Shown: in pieces, positions 22,401-30,524 of the stretch
Layout of the letters: each line of letters begins with the position of its first letter
Numbering within the stretch: the stretch's first letter is position 1
DNA from: a virus
Virus record (IMG/VR): IMGVR_UViG_3300000983_000001
Location: 22,891 to 86,890 of that record
Strand: one strand, 5' to 3'
DNA length: 64,000 nt
The notes under the pieces: generated by a model
Database searches by the model: none
What the model saw: the letters and a program-made list of their open reading frames with translations, nothing else
Told to the model about the DNA's origin: nothing
Program-made: the position numbers and the translations under genes

Positions 22401-24464
22401 AAAACGCCTATTGGTAGTATGGCTGTACATGCCACTCAAACAGGATTTAACCTTTGGGGTAAATATTTTCCCTATGGAGATAAATACATAACTAAAGCAG
22501 TCGAATTTATAACTTCTGAAATCGGAGGAGAAGAAATATCTCAAAGAAAAGAAGTTGAGATATATGAAACCGTATTTTCTGAAATGAAAAAATATTTTTT
22601 TACATCTAAAGTTTTAGGTTTGTATGAAGGAGATGTACAAAATAAAAGATATGAGTTATTCATAGATTATAAAGACAAGAAAAAGTCTTTAGCCACTTAT
22701 TTAAGTGATCTCTCTTTTGACAAAGAAAGTCCTGTTAAAGATAATACTCTACTATCAAGGTTTACTTATAAACTATCAAAAACAGGTGTTCCCTCTTTGA
22801 TTCAATTTAACAATACTAAAGCTGAGAATTTTGATGAAGAATATTTATATCAAGGTATTACAGAATTATTGGAAAAAAATATAGAATTACCTAAATTTAA
22901 TGATCGAGAGTATAGCAGTAGAGAACTAGCTGTTGATCTTATTGCATATGCTTATTTAGAGGGTGGTATTCAAAAAGCTGTTCAGTTTGTTAAATATATA
23001 CCAATTCCATTACTTAAACATATCCCTTTTGCTAAGTATACTAGAGAATGGGATAATAGGTATAGACCTGATATTTTTGGTAAAATGTTAGGTTACTTTG
23101 GTGATGTAAGTTCTACTACTTTTTTAGATCAATTTAGTCAAAATAATCTTGAAAAACTAAGTAAAGCCGACTTGAAAGATTCAGGTATCATTAATAGATT
23201 CTATGGAGATAATACACAAAAATTAGATTCTTTAGTTGAATTTAGTTTAGATAAAGATACTGTACAGGGACAAAAACTAAAAGAAAAAGTTTATATTTCT
23301 ATATACAATAAAAATATTAAACACGGATTACCAAAATTTCAAGTTTATAAAAAAGACGGAAATTTATATAAAAGAATATCTGTTTTAGGTGCTTTTGGTA
23401 TGTCCGAGTATGATATGAATAACCCTTCAATAGATTCTCTTGTTAACAAAAATTTTAAACCTGAATTTCATGGTGTATCTCTTGCAAGTTTGCCTAAGCA
23501 GAAGCCAGTTAAAAATTTAGATTTAATTGGTGTGACTTTGATAGAAGCTTTAAATCAAATTACAAATTTAAATTTAAAAACAGACAAACATCTTAAAGTT
23601 TTAAGTAAACTCTTGACTCGATATGTGGGTAATGACATTAAATTTGATATAGCGGATATAGTAAACAAAAAAGGGGAACATATTGGAGCAGGTAGTTTTA
23701 ATAGCAAAAAAAATCTGTTAACTATAGATAGGCGATTTTATGCAGAATATCCTGATTCAGAAATAGCTAAAACATTAGTTCATGAAACTATACATGCTTT
23801 AAGTGTAAATTATATTAGAAAATATGTTAACAGAGATGGAACTTTAGTTGAAAACACTCAAACACCAGTAGAAATAAACGAACTTATTAAACTTTTTAAT
23901 TCAGCAAGAAAACATATTGGTATTGATAAGATAAATAAATTAATTGAAAAGCAGAAAAAACATCGAATTGGAACACTAAAAGAAAAAATAACTTCCTATG
24001 AAACAAGTGTTGTATATGGTGGAACAGATATATCAGAATTTATAACCTTGATATTAACAGAACCAAATTTTCAAAAAGAAATGGCTAAAATTGAATATCA
24101 AAGTAACCAATCTATTTTAGATAAAATGGTTGATATAGTTTACTCAATTCTTAATAAAATTTTTGAAAATGGTTTGAGTAGAAACAATGTAACCTTTCAT
24201 GGTGTTAAAACTTCACTGCAAATTATTAAGCAATATGATTCCAACAAAAAAGCAGTGAAATCTGAAAATTTGAATACCCTTAAAAGTATGGATACCTCAA
24301 ATAGAAAAGCTGAAACCCTTATTGAAAATGTTGCACCTAAACCAGAAGTTAAAGGGTTATTTGGTTTACCTCCAATTGATTTAACTCATCTTCAAGCAAA
24401 TGAGGAAGATATAAATTTTAACATAAAAGAAAACATTATAACTAATCCATTTAAATGTAAATAG
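10407..24464 (+). CDS. Virion-packaged DNA-dependent RNA polymerase (double-psi beta-barrel, phi14:2 gp66-like) with accessory domains
   Basis: 4685 aa. Catalytic DFDIDK at nt 20967-20984, preceded by RIPTSGHVSM and GDLLIVP. Upstream blocks ATDAQEY, LKPVH and VKSSSFPL. C-terminal HETIH zincin motif at nt 23781-23795. Confidence 0.9.
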   Translation: MFGDGDKNKKQNKNNALDLTTGKIVEVEDRVVVINPATGKMYKTTNPLRIDHRAGTMNVDPVMQEEFENLGINPTQNVREDIGKTIIAKNKPFLDQAGNAVKQFGYNTVGGFGMAVSGNDLGAAIDIAKGAEREYENALFKWSNDLIKEGKEKYPIFQEAEGAVNPGDPNWWLQHGADFGTSGGFAAYSVAESVLLGIATAETGGVGAIANLASKGQKIAKIRELSAAKKLKDYFKANNSTKVIRNQALLGASQGYREGLVESYDSYTSIKEDYLKKGYTEEDAKKYASLGAVKTFRTGVLPNMILNSVSLAATSYNPITKKSKGILDRKIKNPVAKGVANTTADMANEFTEEFIQSAAQKEGRAAADLAAGEKEKGISLTEHLTDEENWNAGIGGIFGSIGFKGLSYLKNNKNAKLQDAHWAEKHSQHIEALNNRSLGYLKSIKEAEDKEDYGESIRLRREMNSQNTLKSLYLDDVSDNDSGYKGQMAYYENVLNYINTGQTELLEELKIQPEDYDFIKEKFPIYIKDSKNIKKHYDIAKERHSSNAVLPITENKHALDLIREKRESVKQDIEDIKSNNGYDKLSVSGQNYLEDSSRFTDLLIASENTSITEDQKNEIDELRKSLSYRRELRDQKIDLKNDHEDFQLSQDLSKDDDLIWELNNTDKDGKTINSFEDKTPKNLDFNNRLLGNLNKAEKQLQKNIKYWSDPKNQIAEAKKETFRQVDEAETVQELEQAEQQLEQLQEATAPKQNAEQVDEAEIVQPKTTETQEIELKQAEAKARKEALETTQNTGQNVETPSIPKPKKGNLTLGDILASQGDFVGLSEEGNSNEDFDRLDAMFGETPDINFNEDTNNLAGEEDHLTFDPVEFTPEIEEDERLNDAADIVKKTRKRLSQELGRTSTFKDYIEKYISLKGKESADKLFNVFKWSWQKNKFQKTNFDKVYDQVFNTYEALTDKLTTLGDAIVEPNTPDVVEKTNNDFIKEIIMQEKPVEKLDQNNQPVNTPVSHNLITHTGLRADYELAQVEDNKLVGEIVQNPVALFDSENLNSKQLLNPDKFNSGTPMMVEIPDNYRELKVQTWEDALTKGEVMTFQNWMDKNDVSRGSQEWLDKVPMFAYELDSNGEKGEAIFKIHSTDNYNLTTVGEGYKSQLEMIEEGRGEISKIRQNVFANDSTEITITEKRIGSWITVDEPITLNQANPDSVLVLATKTGFLVNGTNERFETNGRVILNKDKNFRPGSIYDLRKATNKNEYIAFQVIQPYLSKENIETAADIVSIYMHQLDVKNTYGKRSIHKEQAKKIEDITKLNIASGYKYDEEGQTFMDDDFEELLFSLVRVKTFRGLSSIEDLPQYLNKTYISPSGETVPLIKNGEAYVIKVGKSLAIGIKGKKIGKKLDYLFLNPYMVAKGKTKPFIIDNFLKVLKEDVLPKIRHNINKDSLRNNRKSVQISDGVVSEGSNYRDHLKNTLQTTVKSFNVGTKNKPFYATIVNPKISFKVKGENKKETFKEPVLEEDFSDVEPLVGEESVPSEVSEALQALKDLGIDLDSPDIQNDLDGTGINTDDYLSLATYTNLNYENIKSSRKAVPELTSLQNYELVNFIFNKTIEALGTTKKSNKQDVLRLIKKSYMDNIRPIRTKNRRLIKTLEGQPKYVNIVSRLKKENKVFEDINNSWTAIETQAFDKISKYFPGVKEVYDITTDEYEEKDHSKISLELSGKNTASKRLKKFLVATKDITSKGEVKRGYLGVETYISFDEVYNNIEKILSTPYEMLSDFDLMLLRLEENTEAYKWLPQVINKLKNAPQRVKNEFTYNFARHTLSMKFIMYSKGKDGKYTLKVYDTNAGEITRTIREAWQNNLKAKNLVGLNEDTGLHNINKVEAQKLLSEYNDWVKLHQLDYSKIKNEKLLTWLDKFGLSLSEETLDELKTNNTEIITNEGKSKVAFNSMFVKGQNTPGIFGLLADYLEGIVKKDNTDFDENPSNHPFNNANNVLKTLSKIESKYSTTTTTNSFRDGGKSIYGFTQSKYITDSVRRLKYDNDYKQTLKSKSFNGKSFILDLLINSEDFQNKFGISHVGINAFKELNKKYYGVSELTGLPDKDQEGVKLGFFQDMKQGTLSDTIGDSIKMRIAKMFVPTMSDKSQMTVLNTAVLNIRDKHFDISQKGELKNKYKFKNELKEVLYDQLILPELDRIVNFNSVVEKTNIAGYDKAAKLFLMFPQLSNLKYFDKDIGKDKRVISLMASNPTKFNKRWFEDNIKEKAIDRIINIIKTKHEDKLAQWERNEFFTRKNGNISQVKYLDNSYLNTIGGALTTKVEIAALDFIINSMISNANVHMTIAGDIAMYSKDKIGKYFNDGNVISPKDEYGDEAYILAVKDVIEPNLGKRMALLIAPGNKLAGSDSKNEKNNKYVQIFVNDYKVATKNIVTLVDLYYTADDVKIAEELVQQYENATTFEGKKLVTEKLGKYYPEIKDYFDLEATDAQEYTTSAEHINVLWKQGRLDDDQYVLIQAKLKRQFEAEQKGKEINKTDLLNYQELKLILQPLKPVHAGFKDEVDYDSMRMVYVKSSSFPLIPQLTIGTELDGLRKLLEKYEKKREKFVRVSYQSANKVGANTNSVNLFKPNGDFNNKLTLEMLDNASLTLDRTNFRIQQDVPYKSDKKYSDKVSIGTQTLKMLFGDGITDIEAKIFNFKGKKYNGKGLLKIFNGNFESYIQEQKTNLLDELGVDEFGKPLDPVKTLTKLQNILKDEANKRGYPIQDVEALGLSTKLDKHGKVVDIQFDLPLWLSPNSNRYEALLNSIVTNRLVNIKVPGSSYVVGSEAGFKTKSLGEIQNTTKIASTIFELRPNISDKEIITIYNRYKKLMNIKREGKHMSFDNFQKFLKSSQVFNYKNTYIFGNYDYKNGVFITRVNSSPTSKELLAEALPKLVEQGIDFVSFVPEDLAKKYVRSGYHQSKSSFAYNFKGEDMDKFMVTSQKNIANKIFNKNLEEISGEDIKQYNKEIPFKYQPTEITGDLIEQAGKDLNKILETYLNQFGIVVKDLKEIQENLNVDSLGFADILSKVAYTKNKEDLPPIAGEFIAYMMQYNPLVSEIIKELSETKDYKGLDKADYFKIIGELIAKDLSNKLDGDYKKSLLDKIRELVALFFDKMKSVPTNTINENIGIISNNILQQNKKLITASLYKPGAFGKPTKQVSLSEAKNSDSFGKIIIENLGAKGFILTGSTALGEQGTIQRPNENLLHDIDWVSPFSRKETKEKFLDSYPDAIFVRAIPNQDYTTDSYIISPDGTKIIDYKTKKIGEKIIIDSYNVANKKGEIIGTYKLEKNKDNKLIEKVTGVEAKVIDFFSYENYKGLKPFNKDGLNLSNWKSIFQAKLDFARYKDIWDYNRFIPNENLPFIKNKDIDQKPNLSKIIYTSAWTGSLKPAEIIEGKLKKTQVLLPSKFRTNEGKLINFFDENGNHNETYVKVDNKGNYRLKEDKIDPELLSLTSFRIPTSGHVSMSQLEIVGFLPKEMGDLLIVPANLTAQKGLDFDIDKETTYQYNTYVDKEGNIRVLSEEHRNEILADSDKELQELKAAVESGEQDAKLLIDIFGDDILNENYTEEDFKANKHLKKVNSKLTSKILENDFVGVHQAILGNSDKKVQGKINKVLSMDFANSQKELVRSVTKNSKELTSYTLLDDTHQKNKMELGASGKLGIGVYSNYSVFASLVQQAENKLILKEQIKLPSGNVVKDITFNLGNKYFDGRIGRVNSISGRSIAEAFAERQNTATDNEKEQIMGSLNINSVTINVDSLLTLMGFDKDSFEITKEEYLENPISAIVKKGKYYRVVSLPYMFLNQPIIKEYVDKIRRSKSLISKFDPAAEAKIIAELKDKYGEKDKIKIANERMLTGKNLLANISGKPDGGIQLRVLELFLKLDKIAKKVAKIQKTLNINNGGLGKSFFETINKFDKIRNLKLDYDIVVRKSGKIKMEGSFAIQNISSLVGDYRYSDKAIKGFVDMGDGIYIRPKTPIGSMAVHATQTGFNLWGKYFPYGDKYITKAVEFITSEIGGEEISQRKEVEIYETVFSEMKKYFFTSKVLGLYEGDVQNKRYELFIDYKDKKKSLATYLSDLSFDKESPVKDNTLLSRFTYKLSKTGVPSLIQFNNTKAENFDEEYLYQGITELLEKNIELPKFNDREYSSRELAVDLIAYAYLEGGIQKAVQFVKYIPIPLLKHIPFAKYTREWDNRYRPDIFGKMLGYFGDVSSTTFLDQFSQNNLEKLSKADLKDSGIINRFYGDNTQKLDSLVEFSLDKDTVQGQKLKEKVYISIYNKNIKHGLPKFQVYKKDGNLYKRISVLGAFGMSEYDMNNPSIDSLVNKNFKPEFHGVSLASLPKQKPVKNLDLIGVTLIEALNQITNLNLKTDKHLKVLSKLLTRYVGNDIKFDIADIVNKKGEHIGAGSFNSKKNLLTIDRRFYAEYPDSEIAKTLVHETIHALSVNYIRKYVNRDGTLVENTQTPVEINELIKLFNSARKHIGIDKINKLIEKQKKHRIGTLKEKITSYETSVVYGGTDISEFITLILTEPNFQKEMAKIEYQSNQSILDKMVDIVYSILNKIFENGLSRNNVTFHGVKTSLQIIKQYDSNKKAVKSENLNTLKSMDTSNRKAETLIENVAPKPEVKGLFGLPPIDLTHLQANEEDINFNIKENIITNPFKCK

Positions 24465-24468
24465 TCTT

Positions 24469-27400
24469 ATGCCTTGTGACAGTAAAAAAAATACAATCAA
24501 TTACCTAAAAAGTTTAAATGTTTTAGGTGAACAGTCTGTTATACTTAATTTAGAGGAGTTTAACAGATTAAACGGAGAATATACAAAAGAAGCTAAATCT
24601 ACCTATAAATTAGATTTTAGTGGTAATATCTTCAATGTATCTAAAGTTAAATTTGAAGGTAAAACAGTTTATGTTGCAGAGTCTAATGATAATATTTTCA
24701 AAACTATTGATAAATATATTAATGAAGATTTTGATGATAATAATTATTATTCTACACCTAATACTGAAAATAAAATAGTGCCTTTTTATGATAAATATAT
24801 AGCCTATAAGAAAAATTTAATAACACAGTTAGAGAAACTTCTAGCTAATTTAGAAAAAGATATTAAAGATAATTCTGCTAATTTAAGTAAAGTTAAAGTA
24901 TTAGTAGCTAAAAAACAGCAAGTTTTAGATAGACTAGAAGGAACAGAAGATATAGGGGATATAGGACTAAAAGAAGAAATTAGTCTATTAGATAAAAAAC
25001 CTAGTATAGATGAATTAAAGTTTTATATAGAAAAAGATTTATCAAGATTAGACACTTTAATGTCAACGGATAGTTTAGAAAATTATAAAGAGGCTCAAAA
25101 AATAATTAATTTCTATAAAGCTATGGGGACATTCCATAGCAGTGAAAAACATCCTCTTTTTTATGAACAAAAAGTTTCTGATATAGATGGAAGTGTTCAA
25201 ATATTTAATACATGGGACGATGGTTCAGGTAAAAATATACTGCCTCAGTCTACTATAGATATGTTCACAAATATAAGAAAAAAAGTAGAAGAAATTGAAT
25301 CTACTTTATATAGAAAAACAGAAAATTTAGCTGTTGAAACTTTTAATAGTGATTCAGGTGTTAGACGAACTTACGGTGATAAAATATTTACAGCAGCCGA
25401 GATATTTAGTAAAGAAAAAGGGAGGCAAGATATTAATTGGGTAGATATGTTCGTAATGGATATTACCAATGGTATTTTTACTGATGATGGTGAATTGCCA
25501 CAGGTTATGTTAACTGTACTTCAAAATAGTATGAATAGCAATTTAGTCTACTCAAAAGGTGTTGAAAAAAGAGTAGACACTATCCAAGATGATGTCGTAA
25601 AAGTACTGAAATCAATGGGATATGGGATAGGTATACCAGGAATTAAAGGGGCTAAGTATGATATTTTCAGAGCAAGTAAAGATGTTTATTATAGTGATTC
25701 AGGGGCAGTTGTCAGTTTCAATGTCTCACATGATGAAAATGGTAAACTTAAAAAAGGTTTCACTAAAAAAAGTTTGTTTAAAGACTCTATAGTTCAACGG
25801 TATTCTCCTGAGTATTTTGATAAGAGAACAGAAATGTTAGGAGACTTTAATAAACAGCTTAAAGCAGCAAATAATGGAGGTAATTTTAACACAAGACAAA
25901 CATTAAGAAAAAGTGCTTTTAATTTCCGCAACAACTGGTTGGATAAAAACACTTATATTTTAGAGGCAGGTAATATACCTGAAATTATAAATGATTCTCA
26001 ATTCTCTGAATTTAAAGAATATTTTGCTTCAAATAAAGCAGAAGGTTACAAAAATTTTTTAGTAAACCAACTAGGAGAATTTGGATATAAAGAAGAAGTA
26101 GATAAACAAATTAAACTTTTAAAAAGCTATAAAGTTGCTTTAGAAGTTAAAAAAGAAGGTTTATTAGCTCAGGAAAACGTAGAGAAAGTTGAAGATTTAC
26201 CAAACAACATATTGAAACATCTTCATATTTGGAAACAAACAAACAATCCTTTTGTGGCTGCTTCAATTATCAATGACAAAAAAGAAATTCATATAGATGG
26301 TATTCAATATCATAGTTTTATGAATTATAATTACACCATACCCCGAAAAAACAAAGCTAAATTAGTTGTTAAAGGGGGGAAATTAGTAAAACAAGAGACC
26401 CAAGAAAGTACAGGTTACTTTGATGAAAATTTTAAAGTTATTGAAGGTAATAGCACCTTAAAAGATTTTCATAACATATTACAAGAAGTAAATAATAAAA
26501 TATATGAACACATACCATTAAATAGGAGATCGGATTTTAACATCTATTCCATACCCAAACTAGAAAAAACTATCTATGAGATATTAGCTTCTGAGGAGTA
26601 TTCTTTTTTGACAAAAATATCTAAGATATATGCTGCAACAATGAATAGAATTAAAGATTTAATAGGTATAACTCCTCAAAATACTCTTTCATATGTACCT
26701 GTTGATCCTATCACGGGGAAACCAGAGTATAAAGTTAATGATGGGTTTTTAAAGACTAACAAAAAAGAAATAGAAACAAGGCTTAATCTTGAACTTGATA
26801 GGATTAAAATGGCACTCAACTTTCCTCCTAACATGAAATTAGGCAGTCTCGATACTTGGGATTTAACTGCACCGTATTTCACTAAAGAGGCTATTGCAAT
26901 TATAGCTGAATCTATGGGAATAAAACCTAATATAAAAGCTTTACAAAAAAGATTGCCAGATTTAAATATAAAAGCAGTTGATATATACAAAATTGTCAAA
27001 GCAGGTATAACTGACCAAGTAGTTAGGGAAAATAGTTTTGATTTACCTAAGATAATTAAGTTGTTTTCTCATTTAACAATGGAGTATAAAGCTCGAACTG
27101 AGGTAAAACCCCTTTTAGAGATTATGAAATCTCATTACGAAGAAATTAAAAAACCTGATATAACAAATTTAGGTGAAACTTTGATAAATGCAAGAACTAA
27201 AGAAACCAGACTAGATGGAATCAGAGAAAATGCTAACAGGAGAATGGATTCATGGTTTAAGCGATCAGTATTAGGTAATTATGGTAATCAAAATGAGTTA
27301 GGTGATACTAGAATTAATCCAGGAGAAACAGGTTTTACTGGTATAGAGCAAATAGATAAATTAACAACTATGTTGCAAACAACTGTAACAGGTAAGCTAA

Positions 27401-29214
27401 AGAAAACTAATGAAAAAGTTTTAGAAAAAAAGATTGACGATTTGTTGTTGCAATATGAATCAGTATTAAATGATAAAAATGTTTCAGATGAAATTAAAGA
27501 GGCTTTTGAACAAAAAAAAGCAATTTTAAGAGAACAAAAATCAAAATTAGGTAAAGATTTTACTATTATTACTTTTATAGATGGGGTTTTAAATTGGATT
27601 CGTTTAATGGGTTTGGGTTGGAATCTTTCATCTCACATTACAAATTTCTTAGAGGGACAAGTCGGAAATATTATTGGTGCAAGTACGGGTAAATACTTTA
27701 AACCTGAACATATATATAGAGCTAACCATATTGTCAAAGGTTCATTTATTAAAAATCTAACTTTAGGTAATTATGTAAGTGAAGGAGCAAAAAAAACTAC
27801 AATTTTAATGGGTCGTTATAGAATCCTTCAAGATGCAGCAAACGAGCTTCAACAGGCTTCGGATAAATCAAATTTTGATAGACTAATTATTTTAAATCCT
27901 TATGATGGTACACGTAGAGTTGAGTATTTAAATCAAGCTCCCTTGATGATCGCAATACTTCTAAGTACCGAGATTGTAGGTTTAAATGGGGAAAAAACTA
28001 ATGTTTGGGATGCATTAGATTCTGATGGTAAACTTTTAGCTGAGTATAGAACAAAAGAAAATATTGCAAATTGGGAAAATGCAGATGGAGATAAGTTTAA
28101 TACATTTGCAGTTCATACCTCAAAAACTATTAAAAATATACACGGGGATTACCATGAATTAAGCGGTAATTTAGCTAGTGAATTTGTTGCAGGTAAAACA
28201 ATGCTCATGTTTAAACGTTGGATGGCAAGACAATTTTATCAAAGATTTGCCACCGAGCAAGCTGACATAGAGTTGGGAATAAAAGATTATGAGGGTAGGT
28301 TCAAATCTCATAATACATCTAGTGGTATGTTACATGGTATGATCATTGGAGGAGCAGGATTAGGTGTTATTGGTAGTGGAGGTTTAGGTTTAATTCTAGG
28401 AGGAATTATTGGAGGTGGTTTAGGTAAATTCTATGGAAAATCTACTAATTTAAGTTTTGCTCATGAATTATTATTTACCATAAAACAACTAGCTTTAGAG
28501 GTAATTAAAATACCTGTGAATAACCTTACAGGTAAACAAATTGTTAAAGACAACGATTACCAAGCTTTAAGAGATAAAAAGGTTTCAGAACGTACTATAC
28601 GCAATCTTAGAGCAAATTTAGTTGATATGGGAATTACCTTATCATGGATAGCACTTTTAATCTTTATTAAAGCTGCATTATTTGATGAAGAAGATGAAAA
28701 GGAAGATTTAAAAAGACAAACTCATAACTTGTTAGTAAACCGCTTAATGCAAATGTCAGGACAAGCAACTATGTATGTTAACCCTAAAGCAGTTTATGAT
28801 AGTACAATAGGTGGGTTACCTTTAATACGATTTGTAGATAATTTAGGTAAAACTTTAGATAAAGCCACACAAGCACTTAGAGGAGATGATATTATTCCTA
28901 CAGGGATTAATGCAGGAGAATCCGCTTTAGTTAATCAAGCAAGTAAGACTTTTTTACCTGGTGTATTTAGAGATGGATTAGGTTTTGAAACTCATATGGA
29001 AAGACAATTTAAACCTTCTTATTTTGATCGTTGGTTTAAAAGTCAAGAGGGATTAGCAGGGAAAGAAGTAAAACGAATTAGAGCAAGGTATAGAAATAAG
29101 TTGAAAAATCAAGGTAAAAGTAAAACCGAAATTAAAAAACTTGTTAAGCAAAAATACAGAAACAAAAAGAAAACGGAATCTTATCAAGACCTGTTAGACT
29201 CTTATCAACGGTAA
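24469..29214 (+). CDS. Ejected/cargo virion protein 3 (large, with hydrophobic membrane-inserting segments)
   Basis: 1581 aa directly after the vRNAP. Contains a Gly-rich hydrophobic stretch GMIIGGAGLGVIGSGGLGLILGGIIGGGLG and a helix GITLSWIALLIFIKAALF. Confidence 0.65.
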   Translation: MPCDSKKNTINYLKSLNVLGEQSVILNLEEFNRLNGEYTKEAKSTYKLDFSGNIFNVSKVKFEGKTVYVAESNDNIFKTIDKYINEDFDDNNYYSTPNTENKIVPFYDKYIAYKKNLITQLEKLLANLEKDIKDNSANLSKVKVLVAKKQQVLDRLEGTEDIGDIGLKEEISLLDKKPSIDELKFYIEKDLSRLDTLMSTDSLENYKEAQKIINFYKAMGTFHSSEKHPLFYEQKVSDIDGSVQIFNTWDDGSGKNILPQSTIDMFTNIRKKVEEIESTLYRKTENLAVETFNSDSGVRRTYGDKIFTAAEIFSKEKGRQDINWVDMFVMDITNGIFTDDGELPQVMLTVLQNSMNSNLVYSKGVEKRVDTIQDDVVKVLKSMGYGIGIPGIKGAKYDIFRASKDVYYSDSGAVVSFNVSHDENGKLKKGFTKKSLFKDSIVQRYSPEYFDKRTEMLGDFNKQLKAANNGGNFNTRQTLRKSAFNFRNNWLDKNTYILEAGNIPEIINDSQFSEFKEYFASNKAEGYKNFLVNQLGEFGYKEEVDKQIKLLKSYKVALEVKKEGLLAQENVEKVEDLPNNILKHLHIWKQTNNPFVAASIINDKKEIHIDGIQYHSFMNYNYTIPRKNKAKLVVKGGKLVKQETQESTGYFDENFKVIEGNSTLKDFHNILQEVNNKIYEHIPLNRRSDFNIYSIPKLEKTIYEILASEEYSFLTKISKIYAATMNRIKDLIGITPQNTLSYVPVDPITGKPEYKVNDGFLKTNKKEIETRLNLELDRIKMALNFPPNMKLGSLDTWDLTAPYFTKEAIAIIAESMGIKPNIKALQKRLPDLNIKAVDIYKIVKAGITDQVVRENSFDLPKIIKLFSHLTMEYKARTEVKPLLEIMKSHYEEIKKPDITNLGETLINARTKETRLDGIRENANRRMDSWFKRSVLGNYGNQNELGDTRINPGETGFTGIEQIDKLTTMLQTTVTGKLKKTNEKVLEKKIDDLLLQYESVLNDKNVSDEIKEAFEQKKAILREQKSKLGKDFTIITFIDGVLNWIRLMGLGWNLSSHITNFLEGQVGNIIGASTGKYFKPEHIYRANHIVKGSFIKNLTLGNYVSEGAKKTTILMGRYRILQDAANELQQASDKSNFDRLIILNPYDGTRRVEYLNQAPLMIAILLSTEIVGLNGEKTNVWDALDSDGKLLAEYRTKENIANWENADGDKFNTFAVHTSKTIKNIHGDYHELSGNLASEFVAGKTMLMFKRWMARQFYQRFATEQADIELGIKDYEGRFKSHNTSSGMLHGMIIGGAGLGVIGSGGLGLILGGIIGGGLGKFYGKSTNLSFAHELLFTIKQLALEVIKIPVNNLTGKQIVKDNDYQALRDKKVSERTIRNLRANLVDMGITLSWIALLIFIKAALFDEEDEKEDLKRQTHNLLVNRLMQMSGQATMYVNPKAVYDSTIGGLPLIRFVDNLGKTLDKATQALRGDDIIPTGINAGESALVNQASKTFLPGVFRDGLGFETHMERQFKPSYFDRWFKSQEGLAGKEVKRIRARYRNKLKNQGKSKTEIKKLVKQKYRNKKKTESYQDLLDSYQR

Positions 29215-29458
29215 CTTAAATTTTTTAGTAAACCGAATTAAGCGAGATAAATTGTTCAGATAGTTTATTGGTTTTTTAAAATCATATCAACCTGTTTTGC
29301 TGTATGTTATCTGTTATAAAAAAATAAATTTAATTAATTTCAAAACATTTTAAACATTTTTTTTGTTTGAAAAAAGAGAACAGGGTCGCAAGTAGTATAA
29401 TCTTACTATAATCTATTAGTTAATTAATAAGTAATCTACTAAAATCTTAATTCAATTT

Positions 29459-29496
29459 AAATAGAGTTAATGCTGAAAAGTGTTAGCTCTATTTTT
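29459..29496 (+). terminator. Rho-independent terminator ending the structural/cargo operon
   Basis: Stem ATAGAGTTAATGC / GTGTTAGCTCTAT (13 bp including G-U pairs), loop TGAAAA, followed by a T run. Confidence 0.7.
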
Positions 29497-29554
29497 ATTT
29501 AATTTAAACTCTAAATAATTAATTTTTTGAGATTTAATTTAATGTATGAGCTAA

Positions 29555-30418
29555 ATGAAGTTTAGCGATTATATTGAATTAATCACCCTAGCTATAATCT
29601 CATTGCTTATAACTAATCTAAATAAATGTTTTTTAGAAAAACCTTTAAAAAATATTGATACGGTAGTAGACACTTCTACTTTAAATTTAGCAGATTTAGA
29701 AAATGCTGTTTGCAGTAAATATGGAGATTGTTTAGATACAACTGAAATTCGATTATTTAATCTTAACTTAATAGTAAATGATTCTCTGTCTACCAAAGAT
29801 AGAATTAGATTTGAAAAATGTTTGGATACTCTAAATCTAAAATTTAAACCAGCAGAGGTGTTTTTTAAGTATGCTCAAATAAATTACAAAAATATTCCTA
29901 CAATAGATAAACTAAAAGATTTTGGGTATGAAAGCTATTTTAAGCTCTCTGAGGAATGGAAAAAAGAAAATGGTATTGGATTATGGGTTGTAGATGAAAA
30001 TGTCTCTGAGGTATGCTTAAAGGGTTCTTGTAGTCGTTCTAAAGGTTTTTCTTTGGTGGGTAATACTTTTACTGGTAATTTAGTTATTACAAGATTTTCA
30101 TTAAGAAATCCACAGATACTTGCTCACGAAATGGGACATTACTTTGGATTAGATCATACTTTTGAAGAAAATAAGTATGAAAAAGATATAGGTGTGGATT
30201 GTAAAAATACTGGTGATAGGATATGTGATACCCCAATTGATCCAGGTGCTATGTATCAAGTTTTTGTTGATCCCTATGAATGTCAAATGATACATAATAA
30301 ATATAAACCTATGGTAAACAATATCATGGGTTATTATCAACCTTGCACAAAAAAATCCTACCAATTTACACAAGGGCAAACTGATAGGATTAAGCAATTT
30401 TCTCTAACAATTCAATAA
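29555..30418 (+). CDS. M43-family (pappalysin-like) zinc metallopeptidase with an N-terminal hydrophobic segment
   Basis: HEMGHYFGLDHTF (HExxHxxGxxH), GDRICDTP and the NIMGY Met-turn. Confidence 0.85.
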   Translation: MKFSDYIELITLAIISLLITNLNKCFLEKPLKNIDTVVDTSTLNLADLENAVCSKYGDCLDTTEIRLFNLNLIVNDSLSTKDRIRFEKCLDTLNLKFKPAEVFFKYAQINYKNIPTIDKLKDFGYESYFKLSEEWKKENGIGLWVVDENVSEVCLKGSCSRSKGFSLVGNTFTGNLVITRFSLRNPQILAHEMGHYFGLDHTFEENKYEKDIGVDCKNTGDRICDTPIDPGAMYQVFVDPYECQMIHNKYKPMVNNIMGYYQPCTKKSYQFTQGQTDRIKQFSLTIQ

Positions 30419-30524
30419 TATAGTATTATCTAATACAACTTTGTTTGATTCTTTTGGTACATAAAACCAAGATTCAACGTCCACCAAATATCAAAATCCA
30501 CAGTAAATTTTCCCTATTTAGATT

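Noticed and set aside
664-30397. Minus-strand ORFs inside the + strand structural genes (e.g. 664..936, 6286..6699, 10313..10630, 21890..22228, 26676..26999, 30149..30397) and alternate-frame + ORFs (9088..9300, 19231..19431)
   Set aside because: They are fully nested in long, motif-bearing genes and have the hydrophobic/Ser-rich composition expected of antisense shadows in AT-rich DNA.
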